From an uncultured Thermoplasmata archaeon (GTDB taxonomy: Archaea > Thermoplasmatota > Thermoplasmata > RBG-16-68-12), in the NCBI GenBank assembly GCA_963768855.1, contig CAVYJM010000011.1, forward strand, positions 128,001-192,000: a stretch of 64,000 nt of DNA, written 5' to 3'. Made by a program: the position numbers and the translations under genes. The first letter of the stretch is position 1. Each line of letters begins with the position of its first letter. Below are positions 57,401-64,000 of the stretch, in pieces. Under the pieces are notes generated by a model. It did not search any database and was not told the origin of the DNA. It saw nothing but the letters and a program-made list of their open reading frames with translations.

Positions 57401-57991
57401 GTTCAGGGTCTTCAGGGCCCGGAGGTAGAAGAAGAACGTGCAGATGACGAAGAACAGGGTCCACGAGTCGTGGACCGCGATCGTGGCGTGGCTGCGCTGG
57501 AGGGAGGCCGCGCTGAACGCGAGCAGGAACGCCGCCAGGATGCCGGCCCGGCGGTTGAACGCCTCCTTCCCGATGAGGTAGGTCGGGATGACCGCGAGGA
57601 CGCCGAAGATCGCGGCGTTCATGTTCAGCATCCAGACCATCGCGTTCCAGGCCCCGCCTGGGAACGCCGGGGAGATCACGTAGCCCCCGAGCAGGTTGAA
57701 CCAGTCGAAGAGCGGGGGACGGACGTCGGGGAACCCGACGGGGTAGTTCATCGCGTAGTCCCAGCTGATCTCTTTCCCCGTCTGGAACGAGTAGAGGAGG
57801 GCGCGTTCCCAGTAGAAGGGGTCGGACCCGCCGGAGTAGTCGCCTCCGCCGGTCCAGAACCCCGCAGGAGCGAACTCGCCGTAGACGAAGTAGACGCGCA
57901 GGAACAGGGCGAGGCCCAGGATCAGCGCGAGGATGAGCCCGATGCGCCAGTTCTCGCGGAGCCAGCTCTTACGGTCTTCCACTGGGTACAC
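51473..57991 (-). CDS. aglB: Oligosaccharyltransferase AglB/STT3 with ~1250-aa C-terminal beta-repeat extension and a second membrane anchor
   Basis: GSDPFY, VHD, TIAE, WWDYG, DPFQ motifs in a multi-TM core; about 11 V.G.V-led beta-sandwich repeats, two ENTGN/HNTGN domains, C-terminal TM-RRRR. Confidence 0.92.
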   Translation of the reverse strand: MYPVEDRKSWLRENWRIGLILALILGLALFLRVYFVYGEFAPAGFWTGGGDYSGGSDPFYWERALLYSFQTGKEISWDYAMNYPVGFPDVRPPLFDWFNLLGGYVISPAFPGGAWNAMVWMLNMNAAIFGVLAVIPTYLIGKEAFNRRAGILAAFLLAFSAASLQRSHATIAVHDSWTLFFVICTFFFYLRALKTLNRRRWVENWFQRKAIATGLRAFLQENRKSVLYAFLAGLCIAVTALSWQGWAYVPVILVLIFVVEILLDRIRNQDAMGVTILFMIILATPLLISFPWYSVRNLIHVWWDVPFYLFLVATALGLVFTVTRDYPWTIVIPATFAAGGVGLLIGFTVNPSLLFAFYSGAGYFVKNKVYQTIAEAQEPGMSELILNFGWFTFYLGLGAIAYMIWQIPRRNNAAYTMLVLWTAGALFMSLAAARFIFDAAPVMAIATGYALDLVLTRFGFEEMRRTYRSLAEGSWRNAMRKSVKPRHVIVAVLIAMLVLLPNVWFAVDAGIPYEQKAAYDRQIQALLPSFLQAPGYSSAGTGNTYYLGAFGYSLPNETQYFPAAYQWLSTQDTNVPLVDRPSVVAWWDYGFEITERGGHPVVADPFQNGYAISGQFILSQNESSAIALMTLRVIEGDFRAHGGSLSPEASQILTSFGINPAQVAFAFKNPSALISTILTSPNLYGPWDANLQNVNTPYIYLGQVLLAKLSEDRLVGLYQAMCTATGTSVGYFMVDSRLFPVSATNTGIFYAPAKLSDHRVINLANGQVMPFDFFQLFANTNRGNNLPIQIVSPTDQISSTTIQFQPMFYNSMFYRAYIGYSPSVVGSTDKGIPGLDQALAAYTPQPAWNLSHFRVVYRTAYYNPYTDPSNHTGAWRAMNYDQALALQSQISAGKATGVVDMSTLSTVQNGAIILRYYDGAYVNGTVSAGGVPLSNVQITVTDELGTPHYETTTDANGHYSAIVPFGNITLTASTGTADNRTLVGPNILGTTTIPVTVDQAMRVNQDLNQDGVPDWLIAHDFQVTPQSLHGTLYFDINHDTFYGSGDLVAAGATLTLSATDFGRVATATAGPTGAYSLANLPVGVYHVRVSYQGRTFSAADIQIGTATSSSRDISLSFTSVGGSTVDATGAPMSGINVTLTDATNHTSWQTASNGTGVYNFPFVLPGNYTLGAVAGSLSSIPFSFHVENTGVSQNLTLAPSGRVTGTTELFGVALPYATVNFQARATDYLIATATSDANGHYSLALPAGDWNVNGRMYQGTSLFATLGAVTVRQAATSTFDPNFVDGSRVSGSVSVADQTTDLRAHIGFLGSTGEWWVRSALGNTYLAYLPLGSYSVVTNAPGVGWEGTASLSAAATSLDLSLWPATTLSGTVYWDVNGNGLVNSGEGISGARVSLTDSAGQRTVAIADPTGGFNLTLFDNRTYAGTVTADGFAPYTISSSSPSEIGSGVRWTLTPLPVSLTGTVILNGTPILNRALQLQAIARGGGAESVNGTTFTDGTFSLSLTPGTYELSVDENVSSTSSAWRYQNLGTDTVVLSVGEGQVSYSPTIVARALVKGNVTLAGTAGPATVSFQGPDDRTVTTTAAGYSLYLQAGTYSVLANRTVGGTAYEVLTNATLPPAGNLTLALQLTTQVSGRVAVNGIGVSTAFPLTFARIEGGSFPASTVAGGTYSASLVTGNYTVSLDATGSVQASGITRYYRYSFTGTLTVAPGTTSLTYDIAANRTYDNTTVAGRVLLGATGADASLSFIAQSGGAIGSQAVAQSDGTYSAPLAPGTYVVYATRVIGPSGFLGTLSVPHAATFAYTVPLLPAFLVSGVTTDPSGVRVNATLNVAGAAPLTLSTDLSGNYQSLLPLGTYAITADRSQTEQGLLVHYQGTATITLQSDTVVNLQLGRVDTHSVAVTWDASQNRTVRGGSSVTYTFVVENTGNLQDTFSLSGSAASGWSFSFFPSTVNLNYGTATNRSAVTVTIQTPSDALVNHGTVTITATSTADTNARGNLAVTVGIVRTRGLTLQVDPTSGTFDGRYLNYTLNVHNTGNAPEVVDLSIQNPSDIAAGGWSPALARVGATQAAGLTLANVSVDANATAGVKLVLRLAGANGGTTVALQVAAEGTPSVAAQTTYTATLPALTVPSGVGVSGPGAALQLPPNELLIAAIAGAVSAVAAAFILTRRRR

Positions 57992-58172
57992 GACTCCGAA
58001 GAGGGTGCTCGATAAGGGACGTCCTATTTATGACTTGTCGGAAGTGCATGGAGGGCGCTCGTCTCGGACCGCACCGGACCAGCATCCGCGGTCGGCCAAG
58101 AGGTTTTTGGCACGCAGGTCGAACCCTTCGCGCCCCACAGGCCTTAAGCCGTCCGGCGGGATGCCGGAGGCC

Positions 58173-58349
58173 ATGAAGCGAGACCTCATGGACATCCTGT
58201 GCTGCCCGGTCTGCAAGGGGGACCTGGAGCTGAAGGTGGACCTCGAGAAGGACGAGATCCTCGAGGGCTCGCTGTTCTGCAAGGCGTGCAACCACCGCTA
58301 CGAGATCCGGGACGGCATCCCGGACCTGCTGCCGCCCGATTTCAAATGA
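58173..58349 (+). CDS. Trm112-like methyltransferase activator
   Basis: LMDILCCP.CKGDL...EG.L.C..C...YEI.DGIPDLL, 58 aa, GGAGG SD. Confidence 0.92.
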   Translation: MKRDLMDILCCPVCKGDLELKVDLEKDEILEGSLFCKACNHRYEIRDGIPDLLPPDFK

Positions 58350-58857
58350 ACTCGGCCTGCGCCGCCACGATCCCGGTGCTATCCTCCGCCCGGCGGTAGG
58401 CGTCCAGCGGCTCCCGGTTGAGCAGGAAGAACTGCTCTCCCCACGCGAACTTCGACAGGACATCGCGGCTTTGGCCCTCCTCCCCGAGGATCGCGAGGGC
58501 GGCGGCGAGGGCTTCCGCGCTGGAGAGGATGAACGGCTTGCCGTAATTGACGGGGTTCGCGGCGAGCAGGTACGGCAGAGCGCGTCCGACGGCCTTCGGG
58601 ACGGCGGGGAACCGCCCGACCTTCTCCGTGATCTTCCAGCTCAGGTCGAGGACGGAGAGGCCGTGCAGGCGCGCCCGCGGGGCGTCCGCACGCGACAGGG
58701 CCCGTTCGGCGCCCGGAGTCAGGAGGAGCGTGCCGCCGGGCAGGGACGAGGCGCGTGGCACGAAGGTGAGCAAGCCGTGCCGCTGCAGCTTGCGGGAGGT
58801 GCATTTCTTGGGGTCGCACTGCCCCGCGTGGTATGCGTACAGGCGGATGCCCGTCAC
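58342..58857 (-). CDS. tsr3: 16S rRNA aminocarboxypropyltransferase Tsr3
   Basis: QCDPKKCTS.KL, LDLSW, RALPYLLAANPVNYGKP..LS.AEA.AAAL, F.WG..F..LN. Confidence 0.95.
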   Translation of the reverse strand: MTGIRLYAYHAGQCDPKKCTSRKLQRHGLLTFVPRASSLPGGTLLLTPGAERALSRADAPRARLHGLSVLDLSWKITEKVGRFPAVPKAVGRALPYLLAANPVNYGKPFILSSAEALAAALAILGEEGQSRDVLSKFAWGEQFFLLNREPLDAYRRAEDSTGIVAAQAEFI

Positions 58858-58938
58858 GGGCGGGCCATCCCGAGCGGAGGCCATAAGCGTGGCGCATGGT
58901 CGCAAAGCTCATGGTCAAGGGGCGCCTTGCGCCGCCCG

Positions 58939-58995
58939 CCACTGTGATGATGCAACCGACGCTGACTCGTGATGAATGATGGGCGATCTGAGTGG
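58939..58995 (+). ncRNA. Box C/D methylation guide sRNA
   Basis: C GTGATGA 58944-50, D' CTGA 58962-65, C' GTGATGA 58969-75, D CTGA 58988-91, terminal CCAC/GTGG stem, 11- and 12-nt guides. Confidence 0.9.
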
Positions 58996-59077
58996 CCGGC
59001 TTTTGTCAACACGCCGCCCGGCGCCTGGATGAACTTATTTATACCGAAAAGGGCGATGGAATCGTCGGGATGCACCC

Positions 59078-59551
59078 ATGGTGACGGGGTTCGACCTTCT
59101 CGGCCACAATCGGACGTTTCAGACGCACTGGGCGAAGCGGGTCGTGGCCTTCGTCATCGACCTCCTCTTCGTCTTCGCGCCCCTCTGGACCCTCCTGTTC
59201 TTTGACGGCGAGCGCGCCCCCTGGGTCTTCGGGGTCCTGGGCGGCGTCGCCCTGTACGTCTACTCGGTGACCGCGGAGGCGATCTTCCGGACGACCTGCG
59301 GCAAGTACATCGCAGGCCTCGAGGTGCGCCCCATCCGCGGGCCCATGACGTTCGCCAAGGCGGCCGTCCGCAACATCCCGAAGCTCTTCTGGTTCCTCTT
59401 CCCCTTCCTCGACACGATCGCGGGGATGCTCGTGGACGGGGATCCGCGGCAGCGCTGGTCGGATCACGTCCTGGGGACCACGGTCGCGCAGTCCAACCTC
59501 ATCCGCGTCAAGGTGCACCGCGCCGCGCCGTCCCGCAGCGGGTCGCGATAG
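59078..59551 (+). CDS. RDD family membrane protein
   Basis: KRVVAFVID, T.GK...GL.V, AAVRN, QR..D..LGTTV. Confidence 0.9.
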   Translation: MVTGFDLLGHNRTFQTHWAKRVVAFVIDLLFVFAPLWTLLFFDGERAPWVFGVLGGVALYVYSVTAEAIFRTTCGKYIAGLEVRPIRGPMTFAKAAVRNIPKLFWFLFPFLDTIAGMLVDGDPRQRWSDHVLGTTVAQSNLIRVKVHRAAPSRSGSR

Positions 59552-59583
59552 GCGACGGGGCACGATTATATAGCGAGGGCCGG

Positions 59584-59859
59584 ATGCCTTCGCCGCGTGA
59601 GCCCATGCTCTTCGTTGCGCAGCTGAAAGTGATGCCCGGGCAGCTCGAGGAGGCGACCCGACTCTTCAGACACCCCCGCCTGCCGAACAACGTGATGGTG
59701 CACGAATTCCTCGCCCTCCTGGGCAAGCCGGATGCGATGGTCATCTTCGAGGCCCAGGACGCCGTGACGGCCGCGGACTTCGTGACGCAGTTCGCCCACG
59801 TCGCGGAGACGATCACGTCCCTCGCCCTCCGTGTCGAAGAGCTGAAGTGGACCTCGTAG
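59584..59859 (+). CDS. GYD-domain small ferredoxin-like protein
   Basis: LLGKPDA.VIFEA.D...A..F, ET.TS.A. Confidence 0.75.
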   Translation: MPSPREPMLFVAQLKVMPGQLEEATRLFRHPRLPNNVMVHEFLALLGKPDAMVIFEAQDAVTAADFVTQFAHVAETITSLALRVEELKWTS

Positions 59860-59964
59860 CGTAGAGTTGTTGTCCGGGTTTCCGCAGTCTCAGCGTTGGC
59901 CGCCGTCTCGACTCAATTCCTAGAGCCAGGTCCGAGCTGAGTTTTCGAGCTCCGATGGCAGCCG

Positions 59965-60018
59965 CATGAACAAGGAAACGAAATAGGAAAAGTGGAAGGG
60001 GAGGGCCCTGGGGCCCTC
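59965..60018 (-). terminator. Hairpin plus pyrimidine tract downstream of the pilin pair
   Basis: GAGGGCCC-TG-GGGCCCTC at 60001-60018, then a T/C-rich tract on the minus strand. Confidence 0.6.
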
Positions 60019-60029
60019 GTTCTAGGCGC

Positions 60030-60530
60030 CTAGGCCTGCCAGGCGACCGACTGGATCTGGGATCCGTCGGAGTAGAGCAGGTAGAAGGTCAACGCGGTGC
60101 CGGACGCCGGTGCCGACGGGAACGCGATCGTGAACCGGCCGCCCGCGGTCAACGTGCCCGCGCTGCCCAGGTCGGTCCACTTGACACCGACCGAGGACGG
60201 AGTGGCTCCGGTGACGGTCACCGTCGTGTTGACTCCCGTGGCTCCCATGGGAACCGCGGTCCCCGTGAACGTCGCAATCCCGAAGTTCACCTTATAGTTG
60301 GCCGGGCCGATAGCGGGAGACGCCGACGCGACCGTGAACAACCAGGTCACCGCATTCACCTTCGTCGTCGAGCTGAACGTCACGAACGGCTTCTGTGTGC
60401 TCGGCCCCGAGATGAGGCCGGACACCATGACGTACAGCACGGCGGCGAGCACCACCGTAATCGCGACCATCAAGATCGTCGCGATGACGGGAGACACCGC
60501 CTGCTCATCCTTGCGGATGATGTTCTTCAT
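60030..60530 (-). CDS. Archaeal type IV pilin (DUF1628-like), copy 2
   Basis: Class III signal KDEQA|VSPVIATILMVAITVVLAAVLY; GGAGG SD. Confidence 0.93.
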   Translation of the reverse strand: MKNIIRKDEQAVSPVIATILMVAITVVLAAVLYVMVSGLISGPSTQKPFVTFSSTTKVNAVTWLFTVASASPAIGPANYKVNFGIATFTGTAVPMGATGVNTTVTVTGATPSSVGVKWTDLGSAGTLTAGGRFTIAFPSAPASGTALTFYLLYSDGSQIQSVAWQA

Positions 60531-60550
60531 GTGACTTCCTCCTGGAAGAC

Positions 60551-61051
60551 CTAGGCCTGCCAGGCGACCGACTGGATCTGGGATCCGTCGGAGTAGAGCA
60601 GGTAGAAGGTCAACGCAGTTCCGGACGCCGGTGCCGACGGGAACGCGATCGTGAACCGGCCGCCCGCGGTCAACGTGCCCGCGCTGCCCAGGTCGGTCCA
60701 GGTAATGCCGACCGCCGAGGGCGTGGCTCCGGTGACGGTCACCGTCGTGTTGACTCCCGTGGCTCCCATGGGAACCGCGGTCCCCGTGAACGTCGCAATC
60801 CCGAAGTTCACCTTATAGTTGGCCGGGCCGATAGCGGGAGACGCCGATGCGACCGTGAACAACCAGGTCACCGCATTCACCTTCGTCGTCGAGCTGAACG
60901 TCACGAACGGCTTCTGTGTGCTCGGCCCCGAGATGAGGCCGGACACCATGACGTACAGCACGGCGGCGAGCACCACCGTAATCGCGACCATCAAGATCGT
61001 CGCGATGACGGGAGACACCGCCTGCTCATCCTTGCGGATGATAGATTTCAT
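60551..61051 (-). CDS. Archaeal type IV pilin (DUF1628-like), copy 1
   Basis: Same class III signal; GGAGG SD; TTTAAA at 61111-61116 upstream. Confidence 0.93.
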   Translation of the reverse strand: MKSIIRKDEQAVSPVIATILMVAITVVLAAVLYVMVSGLISGPSTQKPFVTFSSTTKVNAVTWLFTVASASPAIGPANYKVNFGIATFTGTAVPMGATGVNTTVTVTGATPSAVGITWTDLGSAGTLTAGGRFTIAFPSAPASGTALTFYLLYSDGSQIQSVAWQA

Positions 61052-61289
61052 GTTGTGTCCTCCTGCGGTGGGTTACCACCGCATGGAACCTAATGGGGCG
61101 GGCGCGCGCCTTTAAACGTTTCGCGATGAATGTGCATGATTGAGAACACCCGTTTTTCGTGCGATTTCCGACGAAACGGCCGGAGGCCGTCTTTGGAAGG
61201 ATGGAGGGGTGAATTCCCGCGGTCCCAGCTTAAATAGTATCGACCTCCCGTGTGGCCGGGAATCAGGGGCCTCCGCTTCGAGGGATGTC

Positions 61290-61859
61290 CTAGGCCCCGG
61301 AGACCTCGAGGGACTCATCGCTGACGAGCACGAGCATGTTCCGGATCTCCTCCGTCTCGTACTCCTGCATCGAGAAGATGACCGTGTAGGCCCCGCGCGC
61401 TCGGAGGTTGTTGACAAGGATGTGGAGAAACTCGCTCAGGATCTTCATGTTGTTGTGGATCGCGAGCGAATTGATCGAGTCCAGGACGACGAGGACGTTA
61501 CGCCCCTCGTTCTTCCGCATCAGGAACTCGACCTTGAGCATGATGTTCTCGAGCATCGTCGGGCTCTCGACCTGGATTGCGTGGGAATGTCGCTTCTCCG
61601 TGGACATCATGATCTGGCTGATGCAGTCCACGAACCAGATATGGTCCAGCGGGATTTCGAGGACCTCCAGGGCGCTGATGATGCTCTGCGCGGGGACCGT
61701 CGTCGTGACGTAGATGACGTCGAGATCCTTCTTCGTCGCGAAGAGGTCCACGATCCCCTGGATCGCGTCGAAGTACTGTTCCGCCTTGAGACGCAGCGTG
61801 ACGGCGGAGGCCTCGGGCTGCTTCAGGAGCTGGTCGCTGACCTCGGAGGGGACGCTCAT
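61290..61859 (-). CDS. Inactive RecA/KaiC-fold protein (no Walker A)
   Basis: VIYVTT..PA, IWFVDC, VVLDSINSL..HN, FLHILVNNLR; 1 nt downstream of a KaiC ATPase gene. Confidence 0.7.
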   Translation of the reverse strand: MSVPSEVSDQLLKQPEASAVTLRLKAEQYFDAIQGIVDLFATKKDLDVIYVTTTVPAQSIISALEVLEIPLDHIWFVDCISQIMMSTEKRHSHAIQVESPTMLENIMLKVEFLMRKNEGRNVLVVLDSINSLAIHNNMKILSEFLHILVNNLRARGAYTVIFSMQEYETEEIRNMLVLVSDESLEVSGA

Positions 61860-61860
61860 C

Positions 61861-62631
61861 TCACATCCCTCCGGGGACGCTGCCGCCCTTCAGGAGGGGC
61901 ACAAGGAGCACCCCGCTCGTCGTCAGGTCGAGCACGTACTTCGCCCGGCTGTGCTGCGTCCCGCGCATCTTGACGACCTGGAGGGTGCGGAGGAGATCGC
62001 CGCGGCGCTCGAGGTTGGACGTGACGATGACGCCGTCCGCGATGGCCTCCTCGACCCCGAAGCGCGAGTAGCCTTCGGTCTGCGCGGTGATTTCCGCGAC
62101 GAGGAGGGAGGTGCACATCTTCGCGCTTAGGGACTGTCCCAGGCGCAGGAGGAAGTCGCGGATCCGCTCCTGTTCCTTGAGGCGGTAGGCCACGGAGGTC
62201 GCCGAGTCGAGCACGAGCCGCCGGATGCGGTTCTCCTCGACGAGGCCGAGGATCGTGTCCACGAGCAGCCGCGACTCCTCGAGGTTGAGCTCGTCCTTGT
62301 CGATCCCGAGCTTCTCGTAGACCCGCGGCAGATCGAGGAACTGGAGCTTCCCCTGCTTCACGAGCTTGTCGTCCCAGAAGTCGAACGGGATCACGTTGCG
62401 GAGGAGCTTGTCCGTGGGCTCCGTGACACTCAGATAGAGCGAGTTCTCCCCGTACAGCGCGCCCCGCACGAGGAACTCGATGCAGATCGAGGTCTTTCCC
62501 GTGCCGACGCTCCCGGAGACGAGCACCGTGTTCCCGCGGGGGACGCCTCCGTTCAGGATGTGGTCGATGCCTTCGATTCCCGTGACGCACCGCTCGCGTT
62601 CGCTACCCGCGTCGCGCTGATTCGAGGGCAT
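61861..62631 (-). CDS. KaiC/RAD55-like ATPase
   Basis: TGIEGID.ILNGG, GSVGTGKT, LVLDS, VEEAIADG, VVKMRG. Confidence 0.92.
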   Translation of the reverse strand: MPSNQRDAGSERERCVTGIEGIDHILNGGVPRGNTVLVSGSVGTGKTSICIEFLVRGALYGENSLYLSVTEPTDKLLRNVIPFDFWDDKLVKQGKLQFLDLPRVYEKLGIDKDELNLEESRLLVDTILGLVEENRIRRLVLDSATSVAYRLKEQERIRDFLLRLGQSLSAKMCTSLLVAEITAQTEGYSRFGVEEAIADGVIVTSNLERRGDLLRTLQVVKMRGTQHSRAKYVLDLTTSGVLLVPLLKGGSVPGGM

Positions 62632-62772
62632 CGGAAACCAAGCGTGCGACCTGGAAGCGGCTATTTGAGGAGCCCGCGCTGAATATCGGAAGTGAGAACG
62701 CCCCCCTCCGCAGCTCTCGATGCCCCGCTCGATATGTTCTTATCGCGTGGGTCGCTTACTTCAGGCGATACC

Positions 62773-64000
62773 GTGGAACCCGTCCTGCATGTGGCCCTCG
62801 ACTTCATGCACCTCAAGCGTGCGGTGCAGGCCGCGAAAGAAGCCGTGGAAGGCGGAGCGGACTGGATCGAGGCGGGAACCCCGTTGATCAAGTCGGAGGG
62901 GATGGCCGCGGTCCGCGAACTCAAGAAGGCCTTCCCGGACCACATGATCGTCGCGGACCTCAAGACGATGGACACGGGCGCCTTGGAGGTCGAGATCGCC
63001 GCGAAGGCCGGTGCGGACGTCATCACGATCATGGGCGTGACGGACGACGCCACGATCCTCGAGTCCGTGAAGGCGGCCCGCCGCTACGGCGCGAAGATCA
63101 TGATCGACCTGATGCGTGTCGAGGACAAGCCCAAACGCGCGGTCGAGCTCGAGAAGCTCGGCGTGGACTACCTCAACATGCACGTGTCGATCGACGAGCA
63201 GATGATCGCGCACACGCCGCTCGAGGAGCTGAAGGCCGTCGTGAAGGCGTCGAACCTCCCGGTCGCCGTGGCGGGCGGACTCAACTCGGAGACGGTCGGA
63301 CAGGCCGTCAAGGCGGGCGCCTCAATCATCATTGTGGGCGGCGCGATCATGAAGGCCGAGGATGTCACGAAGGCGACACGGACGATTAAGAAGGCGATGC
63401 GGGAGCGCAAGGCCATCCCTACCGGACTCTACAAGAAGTACACGGAGGCGGATGTCGTGGACGCCTTCCGCAAGGTCTCGACCCCGAACATCGCGGACGC
63501 GATGCAGAAGAGGGGCGTGATGCATGGCATCGTCCCCCGCATCAAGCACGGCCAGAAGCTCGTGGGCCGCGCCCTGACGGTCAAGACCGCAGACGGGGAC
63601 TGGGCGAAGCCCGTCGAGGCGATCGACCGCGCGAAGGAGGGCGACGTGATCGTGGTCGACGTCGGCGGCGGCCCGACCGCGGTATGGGGTGAGCTCGCCT
63701 CGAACTCGTGCCTCGTCAAGGGCGTGGCCGGCGTCGTCATCGACGGCGGCGCGCGGGACATCGATGCGATCCTCGACCTCAACTTCCTCCTCTTCAGCCG
63801 CCACACCTCCCCCCACGCCGGGGAGCCGAAGGGCCAGGGCTCCATCGGCGGGGAGATCGAGTGCGGCGGCCAGGTCGTCCGGACGGGCGACTGGATTGTC
63901 GGGGACGAGTCCGGCGTGATCGTCGTGCCGAAGGAGCTCGGCGTCGAGATGGCGAACCGCGCGCTCGACGTGCTCGAGCGGGAGAACCGGATCCGCGAAG
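62773..64000 (+). CDS. hxlA: 3-hexulose-6-phosphate synthase fused to an RraA/HMG-aldolase-like domain, 3' partial
   Basis: GTG 62773: LHVALD, IEAGTPLIKSEG, VADLKTMD, VAGG, IVGGAI; then STPNIADA, GRALTV, AVWGEL, VIDGGARD; runs off the window. Confidence 0.92.
   Translation, partial: MEPVLHVALDFMHLKRAVQAAKEAVEGGADWIEAGTPLIKSEGMAAVRELKKAFPDHMIVADLKTMDTGALEVEIAAKAGADVITIMGVTDDATILESVKAARRYGAKIMIDLMRVEDKPKRAVELEKLGVDYLNMHVSIDEQMIAHTPLEELKAVVKASNLPVAVAGGLNSETVGQAVKAGASIIIVGGAIMKAEDVTKATRTIKKAMRERKAIPTGLYKKYTEADVVDAFRKVSTPNIADAMQKRGVMHGIVPRIKHGQKLVGRALTVKTADGDWAKPVEAIDRAKEGDVIVVDVGGGPTAVWGELASNSCLVKGVAGVVIDGGARDIDAILDLNFLLFSRHTSPHAGEPKGQGSIGGEIECGGQVVRTGDWIVGDESGVIVVPKELGVEMANRALDVLERENRIRE

Larger units (their letters stand above)
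60029..61051. repeat. Tandem direct duplication, 521-bp period, ~97% identical
   Basis: Manual alignment of 60030-60530 against 60551-61051: 16 mismatches counted. Confidence 0.95.

Noticed and set aside
60029-61051. Diversity-generating retroelement TR/VR pair
   Set aside because: Both copies are full ORFs with SD sites, the mismatches are not adenine-specific, and no reverse transcriptase is nearby
12175-62631. A circadian clock encoded by the four KaiC-like genes
   Set aside because: All are single-domain, lack the S431/T432-equivalent phosphosites, and no KaiA or KaiB gene is present in the window
1-64000. Many long antisense or alternate-frame ORFs in the track (e.g. 3968-5929 minus, 38352-39866 plus, 47692-50106 minus, 55350-57464 minus)
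   Set aside because: They are shadows of real genes in GC-rich DNA: Arg/Pro/Gly-rich or motif-free, and fully overlapping well-supported CDSs
1-64000. CRISPR array, integrase, transposase or provirus, including possible att sites at the two tRNAs
   Set aside because: No regularly spaced short repeats, no recombinase/transposase motifs and no duplicated tRNA 3' ends were seen

Overview
This window is a gene-dense, GC-rich (roughly two-thirds G+C by eye) archaeal chromosomal segment. TBP, proteasome alpha, exosome, RpoP, prefoldin, AglB, BHB-intron tRNAs and class III signal-peptide pilins point to an archaeon; the overall style suggests a high-GC uncultured Thermoplasmata lineage (inference). 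It is mostly housekeeping: the exosome/proteasome superoperon, a riboflavin operon, folate-dependent purine genes, metG, ftsZ and rnhB. No CRISPR array, integrase or transposase was seen. The ORF track misses several elements: an initiator tRNA-Met with two BHB introns (37/38 and non-canonical 59/60), an intron-containing tRNA-Ser(GGA), a textbook C/D-box guide RNA whose guides fit 16S C1402 and probably a 23S PTC nucleotide, and a 14-aa (KKG)-repeat microprotein ORF with its own Shine-Dalgarno (SD) site. The best candidate for an undescribed system is a coupled four-gene operon (47767-50702): a KaiC-like ATPase, a Roadblock-domain fusion, and a pair of V4R-like paralogs, one Cys-rich and one degenerate. 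Other oddities are a Cys-less alkyltransferase-like/EndoV fusion, a CBS-HPF (HibA-like) hibernation factor, a 2172-aa AglB, near-identical tandem pilins with clustered differences, a likely CTG start for ribC, and a frameshifted claudin-like gene. All family calls come from motif recognition by eye; no searches were run.
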